From an uncultured Olleya sp. (GTDB taxonomy: Bacteria > Bacteroidota > Bacteroidia > Flavobacteriales > Flavobacteriaceae): a DNA stretch of 64,000 nt. Of this stretch, positions 9,965-19,179 are shown in pieces (within the stretch, counting starts at the first letter, position 1; the number at the start of each line of letters is the position of its first letter). The stretch is taken from positions 9,310 through 73,309 of the forward strand of contig CANNFD010000011.1 of assembly GCA_947503885.1 (NCBI GenBank), in the 5' to 3' direction. Below the pieces are notes generated by a model. It worked only from the letters and a program-made list of their open reading frames with translations. It made no database searches and had not been told where the DNA came from. A program made the position numbers and the translations under genes.

Positions 9965-10053
9965 GCGTTAGCGATAATAGTAGCATCCTTTTTTTGCTGC
10001 CATATATGGCGAAAAAAGATATAACGGATAGCGCGACCCTTGTGGTAACGCCC
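9965..10053 (-). ncRNA. structured intergenic element resembling the Flavo-1 RNA / Flavobacteriaceae interspersed repeat
   Basis: Minus strand GGGCGTTACCACAAGGGTCGCGCTATCCG...AAAAGGATGCTACTATTATCGCTAACGC; terminal GCGTTA/TAACGC pairing plus an inner hairpin; family assignment is from memory, not a search. Confidence 0.55.
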
Positions 10054-10070
10054 AAATTATTGAATATAAC

Positions 10071-11108
10071 TTACTCCATGTGTTTAGAGTACCCTTTCCA
10101 TTTTTCGATACAGTTTGCTATATCTTCTGGTATTGGCGACTCAAAACTCATAAATTTGTTTGTTGTTGGATGTACAAATCCTAAAGTTTTGGCGTGCAGG
10201 GCTTGACGCGGTAACACTTTAAAACAGTTGTCTACAAATTGCTTGTATTTTGTAAAAGTGGTGCCTTTTAGGATTAGGTTTCCGCCATAACGCTCGTCAT
10301 TAAACAAAGTGTGTCCAATATGCTTCATGTGTACACGGATTTGGTGTGTACGACCGGTTTCTAGCTTACAACTTACTAAGGTTACATAGCCAAGGCGCTC
10401 TAACACTTTATAATGGGTTACTGCTGGTCTACCTTTATCTGCATCGTCGTCAAAAAACACGGTATTTTGTAATCTATTTTTAGGGTGTCGACCAATATTA
10501 CCTTCTATAGTACCTTCTTCCTCTTCTATGTTTCCCCAAACTATTGCAATGTATTCGCGTTCGCTAGTTTTGGCTTTAAATTGTGCAGACAGATGTGCCA
10601 TAGCAACTTCTGTTTTTGCAACAACCAACAAGCCTGATGTGTCTTTATCTATCCTATGTACTAATCCTGGACGGTCACTAGAGTTGTTTGGTAAATTATC
10701 AAAATGGTATATTAAGGCGTTAATTAACGTTCCAGAATAGTTACCATGTCCTGGGTGCACTACCATTCCTGCTGGTTTATTAACCACCAATAATTGGTCG
10801 TCTTCATAGACAATATCTAATGGAAGGTCCTCGCCTACCAATAGGTTTACGTGTGGAGGGTGCTCTAAACGCACCGTAATAACGTCGTCTGGTTTTACCT
10901 TATAATTAGATTTAACCGGAATATCATTTACAAATATGCTTCCGTTTTTTGCTGCATCTTGTATTTTATTACGTGTTGCGTTTTCGATTTTGTTCATTAA
11001 CCATTTGTCAATACGCAATGGTTTTTGTCCTTTATCTGCTATAAAAGAATGATGCTCGTATAGTCCATCTTCTCCTTCTTCTTGTAATTCTGGTGTGTAG
11101 TCCTCCAT
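10071..11108 (-). CDS. rluD: RluA-family 23S rRNA pseudouridine synthase with S4 domain
   Basis: LRIDKWL S4 domain, VNKPAGMVVHP, GLVHRIDKDTSGLL, LETGRTHQIRVH. Confidence 0.92.
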   Translation of the reverse strand: MEDYTPELQEEGEDGLYEHHSFIADKGQKPLRIDKWLMNKIENATRNKIQDAAKNGSIFVNDIPVKSNYKVKPDDVITVRLEHPPHVNLLVGEDLPLDIVYEDDQLLVVNKPAGMVVHPGHGNYSGTLINALIYHFDNLPNNSSDRPGLVHRIDKDTSGLLVVAKTEVAMAHLSAQFKAKTSEREYIAIVWGNIEEEEGTIEGNIGRHPKNRLQNTVFFDDDADKGRPAVTHYKVLERLGYVTLVSCKLETGRTHQIRVHMKHIGHTLFNDERYGGNLILKGTTFTKYKQFVDNCFKVLPRQALHAKTLGFVHPTTNKFMSFESPIPEDIANCIEKWKGYSKHME

Positions 11109-11111
11109 AAT

Positions 11112-11675
11112 TTAATTGCCTGCAGGACGATTACCGTTACCTAAAACCACATCTATAACTGCTGTTTTTGGCAGTTTTGTATTTGGCTCTAGTACTTTTC
11201 CTTTGTGGCGTAATTCTCTAACCATATCTTTACCAATATGATCTATATAAATTGTTTTTCCTATTTTAAATCCTAAAGCTTCAATCATTGGTTTAGCTTG
11301 TCTAAAACTTTTTTGACGTAAATCAGGCACTGCTATTTTACGGTATCCTGAAGGGTTTAGGGTGATATATATTTTGCGGTTTTCTTTTACTTGATCATTA
11401 ACTTTTGGATCTTGTGCTATCACAGAAAACTTAGGGTAGTCTGGGTTAAAATTAGCCGAATCCTGGATTTGCATAACTAGATTGTTTTTTTCAAGCTCAA
11501 TTTTAGCAACTTCTATGGATTTTCCTGTTAAGTCTGGTACAGTTTCAAACTCGCCATTATTAGTCGTTATGTTTAACCACTTAAGCATTAAAAACACTAA
11601 GACAAACGTAGCAACTATAGCAATTGCTAATTGCTTAAAAAAAACTTTACTTTTAAGAAAACTGATAACACTCAT
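11112..11675 (-). CDS. PASTA domain-containing protein
   Basis: N-terminal TM helix; VPDLTGKS and VPDLRQKS PASTA starts. Confidence 0.88.
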   Translation of the reverse strand: MSVISFLKSKVFFKQLAIAIVATFVLVFLMLKWLNITTNNGEFETVPDLTGKSIEVAKIELEKNNLVMQIQDSANFNPDYPKFSVIAQDPKVNDQVKENRKIYITLNPSGYRKIAVPDLRQKSFRQAKPMIEALGFKIGKTIYIDHIGKDMVRELRHKGKVLEPNTKLPKTAVIDVVLGNGNRPAGN

Positions 11676-11693
11676 CTAACTAATTTTTGTTGG

Positions 11694-11701
11694 CAAAGAT
11701 A
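11694..11701 (-). promoter_or_regulatory. -7 element (TATCTTTG) for the PASTA-rluD operon
   Basis: TAnnTTTG consensus 19 nt upstream of the ATG. Confidence 0.65.
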
Positions 11702-11801
11702 TAAAAACTAAAAGGTTTTATCTTCGGAATAAAATAAATGATATTTTTACAAAACGAATATTTTAATGGTTTATTGAATATCTGGTATAATTTAGATTTA
11801 A

Positions 11802-12776
11802 ATGAAAAAAAACATTGCCATAATAATGGGAGGTTATTCTAGCGAATACAAAATCTCTCTTGCCAGCGGAAACGTGGTTTATCAAAATTTAGACAAGACA
11901 AAATACAACGCTTATCGCGTACATATTTTTAAAAATAAATGGGTATATGTTGATGATGCAGACCACGAGTTTGCAATCGATAAAAACGATTTTTCCATAA
12001 CCATTAATGACACTAAAATCAACTTTGATTGTGTATTTAATGCCATACACGGTAGTCCTGGCGAAGATGGGTATATGCAAGGTTATTTTAACCTATTAAA
12101 CTTACCACATACAAGCTGCAGTATGTACCAAGCTGCCATAACCTTTAACAAACGTGACTGTTTAAGTATTTTAAAACCTTACGGAATTTTAACCGCAGAA
12201 AGCTATTATATTAATCTTGGAGACAGTGTAAAAGAAGATCAAATTATAGCAAAAGTAGGCTTACCCTGTTTTGTAAAAGCAAACAAAGCTGGCAGTAGTT
12301 TTGGAATTACTAAAGTGCATAAAAAAGAAGAGTTACAACAAGCTATAGACCACGCTTTTAAAGAAGACGACGAGATAATTATCGAATCATTTTTAGACGG
12401 AATTGAAGTGTCTGTTGGCGTTATTAATTATAAAGGCGAAACCAAAGTCTTACCAATAACTGAAATTGTTAGCGAGAATGACTTTTTTGATTATGAAGCT
12501 AAATACTTAGGTAAATCACTAGAGATTACACCTGCAAGGTTAACTAAAGCACAAGAGTTAAAAGTTAATACCGTAGCAAAAAAAGTGTACGACATTTTGA
12601 AAATGAAAGGCTTTTCTAGAAGTGAATACATTTTTAAAAACGGAGAACCTCATTTACTAGAAGTGAATACTGTCCCTGGCTTAACTACAGCTAGCATATT
12701 ACCGCAACAAGCTCAAGCAGCAGGAATTAGTATGCAGGATTTATTTAGCAATGCAATTGAAGAAGCTTTAAAATAA
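11802..12776 (+). CDS. ddl: D-alanine--D-alanine ligase
   Basis: GGYSSEYKISL, FNAIHGSPGEDG, GSSFGI, FFDYEAKY, LEVNTVPGLT. Confidence 0.96.
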   Translation: MKKNIAIIMGGYSSEYKISLASGNVVYQNLDKTKYNAYRVHIFKNKWVYVDDADHEFAIDKNDFSITINDTKINFDCVFNAIHGSPGEDGYMQGYFNLLNLPHTSCSMYQAAITFNKRDCLSILKPYGILTAESYYINLGDSVKEDQIIAKVGLPCFVKANKAGSSFGITKVHKKEELQQAIDHAFKEDDEIIIESFLDGIEVSVGVINYKGETKVLPITEIVSENDFFDYEAKYLGKSLEITPARLTKAQELKVNTVAKKVYDILKMKGFSRSEYIFKNGEPHLLEVNTVPGLTTASILPQQAQAAGISMQDLFSNAIEEALK

Positions 12777-12821
12777 AAATTATATCTTTAAAAACCAACT
12801 AACCAACAGCCCCAAAAAAAT

Positions 12822-13430
12822 ATGGTTTTTTACGGAAGTAAAGCACGCACATTAAAAGAAGGACAGCTTATTAATGTTAAATGCCCAAATTGCGATGACG
12901 GACAATCAATGCGGTATACCATTTACGGAAAATACGCTTACATTTACTGGATTCCGATGTTTCCAATTGGAAAAAAAAATATTTTAGAATGTAATCATTG
13001 CAAACGCACCTACAAGCTAAAGGATTTACCAAATCAAATAAAACAAAAATTTGAATTGGAAAAATCTGACACCAAATACCCTATATGGTATTTTAGCGGT
13101 TTAATTATTTTAATAATAGCTATTGCTACAGCTTTTTATTTAAGTAAAAAAGATGCCGAAAACGACAAGCTATACATACAAGATCCATTAGTTGGAGACA
13201 TGTATTCTGTAAAAACTTCTAAGAACGGGTATTACACCTCGATGAAAGTAACAGCGGTCACAAATGATAGTATTTTTGTTGTTTATAATGATTATGAAAT
13301 TGATAGGAAATCTAAAATTTATAAAATAGACAAAACTGAAAACTATACTACAGAAACAGATGGCTATTCAAAAGATGAAATAAAATTACTTTTTGAACAG
13401 GAGTTTATTTACGAAGTAGATAGAGATTAA
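12822..13430 (+). CDS. zinc-ribbon domain membrane protein
   Basis: CPNC...CNHC zinc ribbon, YWIPMFP motif, one TM helix. Confidence 0.75.
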   Translation: MVFYGSKARTLKEGQLINVKCPNCDDGQSMRYTIYGKYAYIYWIPMFPIGKKNILECNHCKRTYKLKDLPNQIKQKFELEKSDTKYPIWYFSGLIILIIAIATAFYLSKKDAENDKLYIQDPLVGDMYSVKTSKNGYYTSMKVTAVTNDSIFVVYNDYEIDRKSKIYKIDKTENYTTETDGYSKDEIKLLFEQEFIYEVDRD

Positions 13431-13442
13431 AAAAAACAAATC

Positions 13443-13901
13443 ATGAGACGTGCACTTTTTCCTGGATCTTTTGATCCCATTACACTTGGCCACTACGATA
13501 TAATTAATCGTGGTGTTAAACTTTTTGACGAAGTTATTGTTGCAATAGGTGTGAATTCTGAAAAAAAATATATGTTTTCTTTAGAAGAAAGAAAACGTTT
13601 TTTAGAAGAGACTTTTAAAGATCAACCTAAGGTAAAGATAATGACGTACCAAGGTTTAACCATCGATTTTTGCAAAGTGATTAAAGCACAATTTATATTA
13701 CGTGGTTTACGTAATCCAGCAGATTTTGAATTTGAAAAAGCAATTGCCCATACCAATAGAAAACTATCCAAAATAGAAACTGTCTTTTTACTTACAGCAG
13801 CTAGCACCTCTTATATTAGTTCTAGTATTGTTAGAGATGTTATTAGAAACAACGGAGATTATACTGTTTTAGTCCCTGATATAGTAAGAGTAAAGCAATA
13901 A
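13443..13901 (+). CDS. coaD: phosphopantetheine adenylyltransferase
   Basis: FPGSFDPITLGH, LRGLR, ISSSIVRD. Confidence 0.97.
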   Translation: MRRALFPGSFDPITLGHYDIINRGVKLFDEVIVAIGVNSEKKYMFSLEERKRFLEETFKDQPKVKIMTYQGLTIDFCKVIKAQFILRGLRNPADFEFEKAIAHTNRKLSKIETVFLLTAASTSYISSSIVRDVIRNNGDYTVLVPDIVRVKQ

Positions 13902-13910
13902 ATTATATCT

Positions 13911-13955
13911 AAAATAAAAAAGCATCAATATAAAAATATTGATGCTTTTTATTTT
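13911..13955. terminator. bidirectional intrinsic terminator between coaD and sulP
   Basis: AAAATAAAAAAGCATCAATA-loop-TATTGATGCTTTTTATTTT between convergent genes. Confidence 0.8.
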
Positions 13956-13972
13956 CTAGACTTAATAAATTT

Positions 13973-15634
13973 CTAAAATTTATACTCTGATAAAGGCTTA
14001 GGAAAATCCTCTGGATTTGCTGCTAAGTGATATCTTGGGTCGTCAATATCTTCAATCACTACTTCTCTAAATTTAGGACTAGACTTGTATAGTAACACTT
14101 TACAATCGTCACTTAAATGTTTCAAGCGTATTTGCTTGCCTTCTGCTTCATATTTTTCAACTAAATTAAAAATAGCTTCTAAAGCAGAGTGGTCACTAAT
14201 TCTAGACTCGACAAAGTCTATTTCTACTTTATCTGGATCATTTTTAACATCAAACTTATCATTAAAAGCCTGAATACTTCCAAAAAATAATGGTCCCCAG
14301 ATTTCATAAACCTTTGTTCCATCATCTTTTATGCGTTTTCTAGCTCTAATTTTCTTAGCATTTTCCCATGCAAATACTAAAGCCGAAATTATAACTCCGA
14401 TAAATACAGCTACTGCTAAATCTACAAATACAGTAACAAGAGACACTGTTATAAGTACAAAAGCATCAGACATTGGTATTTTTTTCAAAATTCTAAAACT
14501 TGACCATGCAAATGTTTCTATAACCATCATAAACATTACCCCTACTAAAGCTGCAATTGGCACCATTTCTATCAACTGATCTGCAAATAAAATAAAAGAT
14601 AATAATGTTACTGCCATCATGATTCCTGATAATCTACCACGTCCACCTGCATTAATATTAATAACTGTTTGTCCAATCATACCACAACCTCCGGTACCAC
14701 CAAACAGTCCACTTACAATGTTTCCTGCTCCTTGCGCAACACATTCTCTGTTTCCATTTCCTCTAGTTTCAGTTAACTCATCAACCAAATTCATTGTCAT
14801 TAAAGACTCAATTAATCCTACAGAAGCAGCTAAAAATGCTGGCAAAGCAATAAACTTTAAAGTATCAAAATTAAACGGTAACTTCTCCCAAAGCTCCATG
14901 TTTGGTGTAGGAAACTCTCCTTTTAAACCTGTTCCTCCTCCTTCAATAATATAAGACCCAACCGTAGACACATCCATATTAAATCCAATAACAATAAGAC
15001 TTGTAACCAATATAGCGGTTAATGCAGCAGGTAATTTTTTAGTGATTTTAGGTAATCCCCAAATAATCCCCATTGTTAGTAGCACTAAACCAATCATTAT
15101 ATATAGTTCAGACCCCTGCATATAAGTACTTACATACTCTTTAACTCCAGCATCAGATACTTTTAATGATTTATGAGAAAACATTTTTACTTGAGCCATA
15201 AAAATTACAATCGACAAACCATTAACAAAACCCATCATCACTGGATGCGGAATTAATCTTACAAAACGTCCTAATTTAAAAACACCAGCAAATATTTGAA
15301 TAATCCCCATTAATACCACACAGGCCATTAAATAGAAAAACCCCATGTTTTCTATAGGTGTATCCATTAGCATACCTTTGGTATGACCATCTGCAATCAT
15401 AGAGACAAAAATAACTGCTACTGCTCCTGCAGCACCAGAAATCAAACCTGGTCTACCACCAAAAATAGCGGTAATTAAACCTATAATAAAGGCACCCGAC
15501 AAAGCCATTAATGGATCTATTTGCGCTACAAAAGCAAACGCAACAACCTCTGGTATCATAGCTAAAGACACGGTTATTCCTGCTAGCACATCGTCTTTTG
15601 CATTTGGAACTATCTTTCTTATAAACTCAGTCAT
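13973..15634 (-). CDS. SulP family anion permease with STAS domain
   Basis: DVLAGITVSLAMIPE, GRPGLISGA, NRECVAQG, C-terminal GPLFFG STAS. Confidence 0.93.
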   Translation of the reverse strand: MTEFIRKIVPNAKDDVLAGITVSLAMIPEVVAFAFVAQIDPLMALSGAFIIGLITAIFGGRPGLISGAAGAVAVIFVSMIADGHTKGMLMDTPIENMGFFYLMACVVLMGIIQIFAGVFKLGRFVRLIPHPVMMGFVNGLSIVIFMAQVKMFSHKSLKVSDAGVKEYVSTYMQGSELYIMIGLVLLTMGIIWGLPKITKKLPAALTAILVTSLIVIGFNMDVSTVGSYIIEGGGTGLKGEFPTPNMELWEKLPFNFDTLKFIALPAFLAASVGLIESLMTMNLVDELTETRGNGNRECVAQGAGNIVSGLFGGTGGCGMIGQTVININAGGRGRLSGIMMAVTLLSFILFADQLIEMVPIAALVGVMFMMVIETFAWSSFRILKKIPMSDAFVLITVSLVTVFVDLAVAVFIGVIISALVFAWENAKKIRARKRIKDDGTKVYEIWGPLFFGSIQAFNDKFDVKNDPDKVEIDFVESRISDHSALEAIFNLVEKYEAEGKQIRLKHLSDDCKVLLYKSSPKFREVVIEDIDDPRYHLAANPEDFPKPLSEYKF

Positions 15635-15656
15635 AAAATCATTTTTTTTCAGGCTG

Positions 15657-15705
15657 CAAAAGTACGTTTAATTACAACAATCACAAGTGTATAGTATTAT
15701 ATTTG
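15657..15705. promoter_or_regulatory. back-to-back divergent -7 elements (TACTTTTG on minus at 15657-15664; TATATTTG on plus at 15698-15705)
   Basis: Both match TAnnTTTG and point to sulP and the M14 peptidase respectively. Confidence 0.6.
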
Positions 15706-15733
15706 TGAAGCATTTTGTTTAAAAATAGTAACA

Positions 15734-17464
15734 ATGAAAAAAATATTAGTCCTTTTATTATTAACCATTTCCTGTAAACCTTCTACTAAATCAACCTTTG
15801 ATTTTAAAACTGTTTTTGAAAAATCTAATGGATTAGAAACCGCAACTTATCATGAAACTATTGAGTTTTACAAAAATCTAGCGACTACTTATAATTCGAT
15901 TTCAATAGATTCAATCGGCAACACAGATTCAGGTCAACCTTTACATTTAATCACTTTAAATCCTGATGCTAATTTTAATTTTGAAAATATAAGAAATAAC
16001 AAACGTATACTTTTAATCAATAACGGAATTCACCCTGGAGAATCTGATGGTATTGATGCAACAATGATGCTTTTTAGAGATATCGCTAATGGCGAAATTA
16101 AAATGCCAAAACATACCGTTTTAACTACAATCCCTATTTATAATGTTGGAGGAAGTTTAAACCGAAACACCTCAACCAGAACTAACCAAAATGGTCCTAA
16201 AGCTTATGGATTTAGAGGTAACGCACGTAATTTTGACCTAAATAGAGATTTTATTAAAAGTGATACTAAAAACGCTAAGACCTTTGCACAAATATTTCAT
16301 TTAGTACAACCCGATGTGTTTATAGATAATCATGTTAGTAATGGTGCAGATTACCAATATACTTTAACACATCTTTTTACACAACATAATAAATTAGGGG
16401 ACGATTTAGGCCAATATTTACATACTAATATGCAACCTAACTTAGAAGCAAAACTAGCAGCTAAACAGTGGGACATTACACCTTATGTAAACGTCTTTAA
16501 CAAAACCCCTGAAGCTGGATTTAGTCAGTTTTTTGATAGCCCAAGGTACTCTACTGGTTATACATCTTTATTTAACACATTAGGGATGATGATAGAAACA
16601 CACATGCTTAAACCTTACAAACAACGTGTGGAAGGCACTTATGAGTTGATGAAGTCTATGGTAGAAATTATCGAAGAAGACCATGCTAGCATCAAAACCC
16701 TTCGTAAAGATTTTAATCAAAAACTTATTGCTAAAAAAACATACCCGTTGCAATGGAAAATTGACACCACTAATACTACCACACTTAACTTTAAAGGGTT
16801 TGAAGGTAAAATGATACCAAGTAATATTACGGGAGCAGACCGCTTAAAATTTGATAGAAGCAAGCCTTTTACAAAACAGGTCTCCTATAAAAATTATTTT
16901 AAACCAAGTTTAGAAGTCACAATACCAAAAGCGTATATCATCCCTCAAGGTTGGTGGAATGTGATGGACCTTTTAAAATTGAATAACGTCACAATAAAAA
17001 CCTTAGAAAAAGATTCAACCCTTACGGTACAGTCTTACAAAATAGAATCTTTTGAAACTAGAAGACAAGCTTACGAAGGACATTTTCAACATTACAATAC
17101 AAAAGTAAAAGCTTCGGAAGAAGCAATAACTTTTAAAAAAGGAGATTATATAATTGAAACCAATCAAGCTGCTTTTCGATACTTAATGGAAACTTTAGAA
17201 CCTGAAGCTCCAGATTCATTTTTTAATTGGAATTTTTTCGATACAATACTTCAACAAAAAGAAGGTTTTTCGCCTTACGTTTGGGAGGACAAAGCCGAAA
17301 TGTTATTAATGCAAAATCCTAAACTAAAAATAAATTTTAATCTTAAAAAATCGTACGATAAAGACTTTGCAAATAATTGGTACGCACAACTAGACTGGCT
17401 TCATAAACAGAGTGTTAATTACGAAAAATCACATTTACAATACCCCGTTTATAGGCTAAAATAA
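15734..17464 (+). CDS. M14 family zinc carboxypeptidase, probable lipoprotein
   Basis: Lipobox-like TISC; NGIHPGESDG (HxxE), DLNRDF, DNH. Confidence 0.85.
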   Translation: MKKILVLLLLTISCKPSTKSTFDFKTVFEKSNGLETATYHETIEFYKNLATTYNSISIDSIGNTDSGQPLHLITLNPDANFNFENIRNNKRILLINNGIHPGESDGIDATMMLFRDIANGEIKMPKHTVLTTIPIYNVGGSLNRNTSTRTNQNGPKAYGFRGNARNFDLNRDFIKSDTKNAKTFAQIFHLVQPDVFIDNHVSNGADYQYTLTHLFTQHNKLGDDLGQYLHTNMQPNLEAKLAAKQWDITPYVNVFNKTPEAGFSQFFDSPRYSTGYTSLFNTLGMMIETHMLKPYKQRVEGTYELMKSMVEIIEEDHASIKTLRKDFNQKLIAKKTYPLQWKIDTTNTTTLNFKGFEGKMIPSNITGADRLKFDRSKPFTKQVSYKNYFKPSLEVTIPKAYIIPQGWWNVMDLLKLNNVTIKTLEKDSTLTVQSYKIESFETRRQAYEGHFQHYNTKVKASEEAITFKKGDYIIETNQAAFRYLMETLEPEAPDSFFNWNFFDTILQQKEGFSPYVWEDKAEMLLMQNPKLKINFNLKKSYDKDFANNWYAQLDWLHKQSVNYEKSHLQYPVYRLK

Positions 17465-17543
17465 TTTTGTTAAAATATTTTTTCAAGTTGATTTTTGGAT
17501 ATGTTTTTATATTACATTTACTTAAAATTTCAAGTAAATAAAA

Positions 17544-19070
17544 ATGAATCCACAAGACATTGAAAATATAGAATTAGCGTATCTAACTTTAAATGATTAT
17601 CAAGAGTTAAAAGAGGCTATGCAGGAAGCATACAAGTCTATGCCTAATCTATATTGGAGAGAAAATCAAATTAAAACTTTAATAGATAAGTTTCCTGAAG
17701 GACAAGTTGTAATTAAAATTAACAATCAGATTGCAGGTTGTGCATTATCAATTATTGTAGACTACGATAGGATTGAAACAGAACACACCTACGAAGACAT
17801 TACAGGAAACTACTCTTTTAATACACATACCAAATCTGGTGATGTACTTTACGGTATTGATGTCTTTATTAAACCTAAATTTAGAGGGTTACGTTTAGGA
17901 AGACGTTTATACGATTACAGAAAAGAATTGTGTGAAAAATTAAACTTAAGAGGGATTGTTTTTGGAGGTCGTATTCCAAACTATCATAATTACCAAGACC
18001 AAATGACACCTAAGGAGTATATGGCTAAGGTAAAAAGAAAAGAAATCCATGACTCTGTTTTAAACTTTCAAATCTCAAACGATTTTCATCCACTTAGAGT
18101 TTTAAAAGGCTACCTAGAAGGGGATAAAGATTCTGGCGAATTTGCAGTGCTGTTAGAATGGGATAATATTTACTATCAAAAACCTTCTAAAAAAGCTGCT
18201 ACTAAGAAAAAAGTTGTGCGCTTAGGTCTTATACAGTGGCAAATGCGGTTATATAAAGATCTTGAAGAGTTAATGCAGCAAGCTGAATACTTTGTAGATG
18301 CAGTATCCGGATACCGTTCTGACTTTGCATTATTTCCAGAGTTTTTTAATGCGCCTTTAATGGCTGAAAATAATCACTTATCGGAAGCTTCAGCAATTAG
18401 AGAATTAGCAAAACATACCGATGAAATTGTTCAGAAATTTTCTGAATTAGCAATCTCCTACAACATCAATATAATTACTGGAAGTTTTCCAGAAATGAAA
18501 GACGACCTGCTTTACAACGTTGGGTATTTATGTAGACGTGATGGTACTTTAGAGCGTTATGAGAAATTACACGTGACACCAGATGAAGCCAAAGTTTGGG
18601 GGATGCAAGGCGGTAATAAGCTACAAGCATTTGACACCGACTGCGGTAAAATTGGTATATTAATTTGTTATGACTCTGAGTTTCCAGAACTAAGTAGATT
18701 ATTGGCAGACGATGGGATGGATATTTTATTTATTCCATTTTTAACAGACACTCAAAATGGATATTCTAGGGTCCGTAATTGCGCACAAGCAAGAGCTATA
18801 GAAAACGAGTGTTACGTTGCAATCGCTGGAAGTGTAGGTAATTTACCTAAAGTGCATAATATGGATATCCAATATGCACAATCTATGGTGTTTACACCTT
18901 GTGATTTTGCGTTTCCGGCAAATGGTATAAAAGCAGAAGCAACTACAAATACCGAAATGATTTTAATAGCAGATGTAGATATAGATTTACTACGTGAATT
19001 AAACCAATTTGGAAGTGTCAGAAACCTTAGAGACAGAAGAGTAGACCTATTTAGTTTGACTAAAAAATAA
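17544..19070 (+). CDS. GNAT N-acetyltransferase / carbon-nitrogen hydrolase fusion
   Basis: GNAT motif A (FRGLRLGRRLY); nitrilase triad FPE / EKLH / ICYDSEFPE. Confidence 0.9.
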   Translation: MNPQDIENIELAYLTLNDYQELKEAMQEAYKSMPNLYWRENQIKTLIDKFPEGQVVIKINNQIAGCALSIIVDYDRIETEHTYEDITGNYSFNTHTKSGDVLYGIDVFIKPKFRGLRLGRRLYDYRKELCEKLNLRGIVFGGRIPNYHNYQDQMTPKEYMAKVKRKEIHDSVLNFQISNDFHPLRVLKGYLEGDKDSGEFAVLLEWDNIYYQKPSKKAATKKKVVRLGLIQWQMRLYKDLEELMQQAEYFVDAVSGYRSDFALFPEFFNAPLMAENNHLSEASAIRELAKHTDEIVQKFSELAISYNINIITGSFPEMKDDLLYNVGYLCRRDGTLERYEKLHVTPDEAKVWGMQGGNKLQAFDTDCGKIGILICYDSEFPELSRLLADDGMDILFIPFLTDTQNGYSRVRNCAQARAIENECYVAIAGSVGNLPKVHNMDIQYAQSMVFTPCDFAFPANGIKAEATTNTEMILIADVDIDLLRELNQFGSVRNLRDRRVDLFSLTKK

Positions 19071-19098
19071 GTGTCAAATAATTTATTAAACATTTAAC

Positions 19099-19131
19099 TA
19101 AACTGGTTTTACAATATGTAAAACCAGTTTA
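19099..19131. repeat. perfect 15-bp inverted repeat (3-nt loop)
   Basis: TAAACTGGTTTTACA-ATA-TGTAAAACCAGTTTA. Confidence 0.85.
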
Positions 19132-19179
19132 AAAATAATATAACTTTACTTAAAATTTATATCGCGATTATCGCATAAA

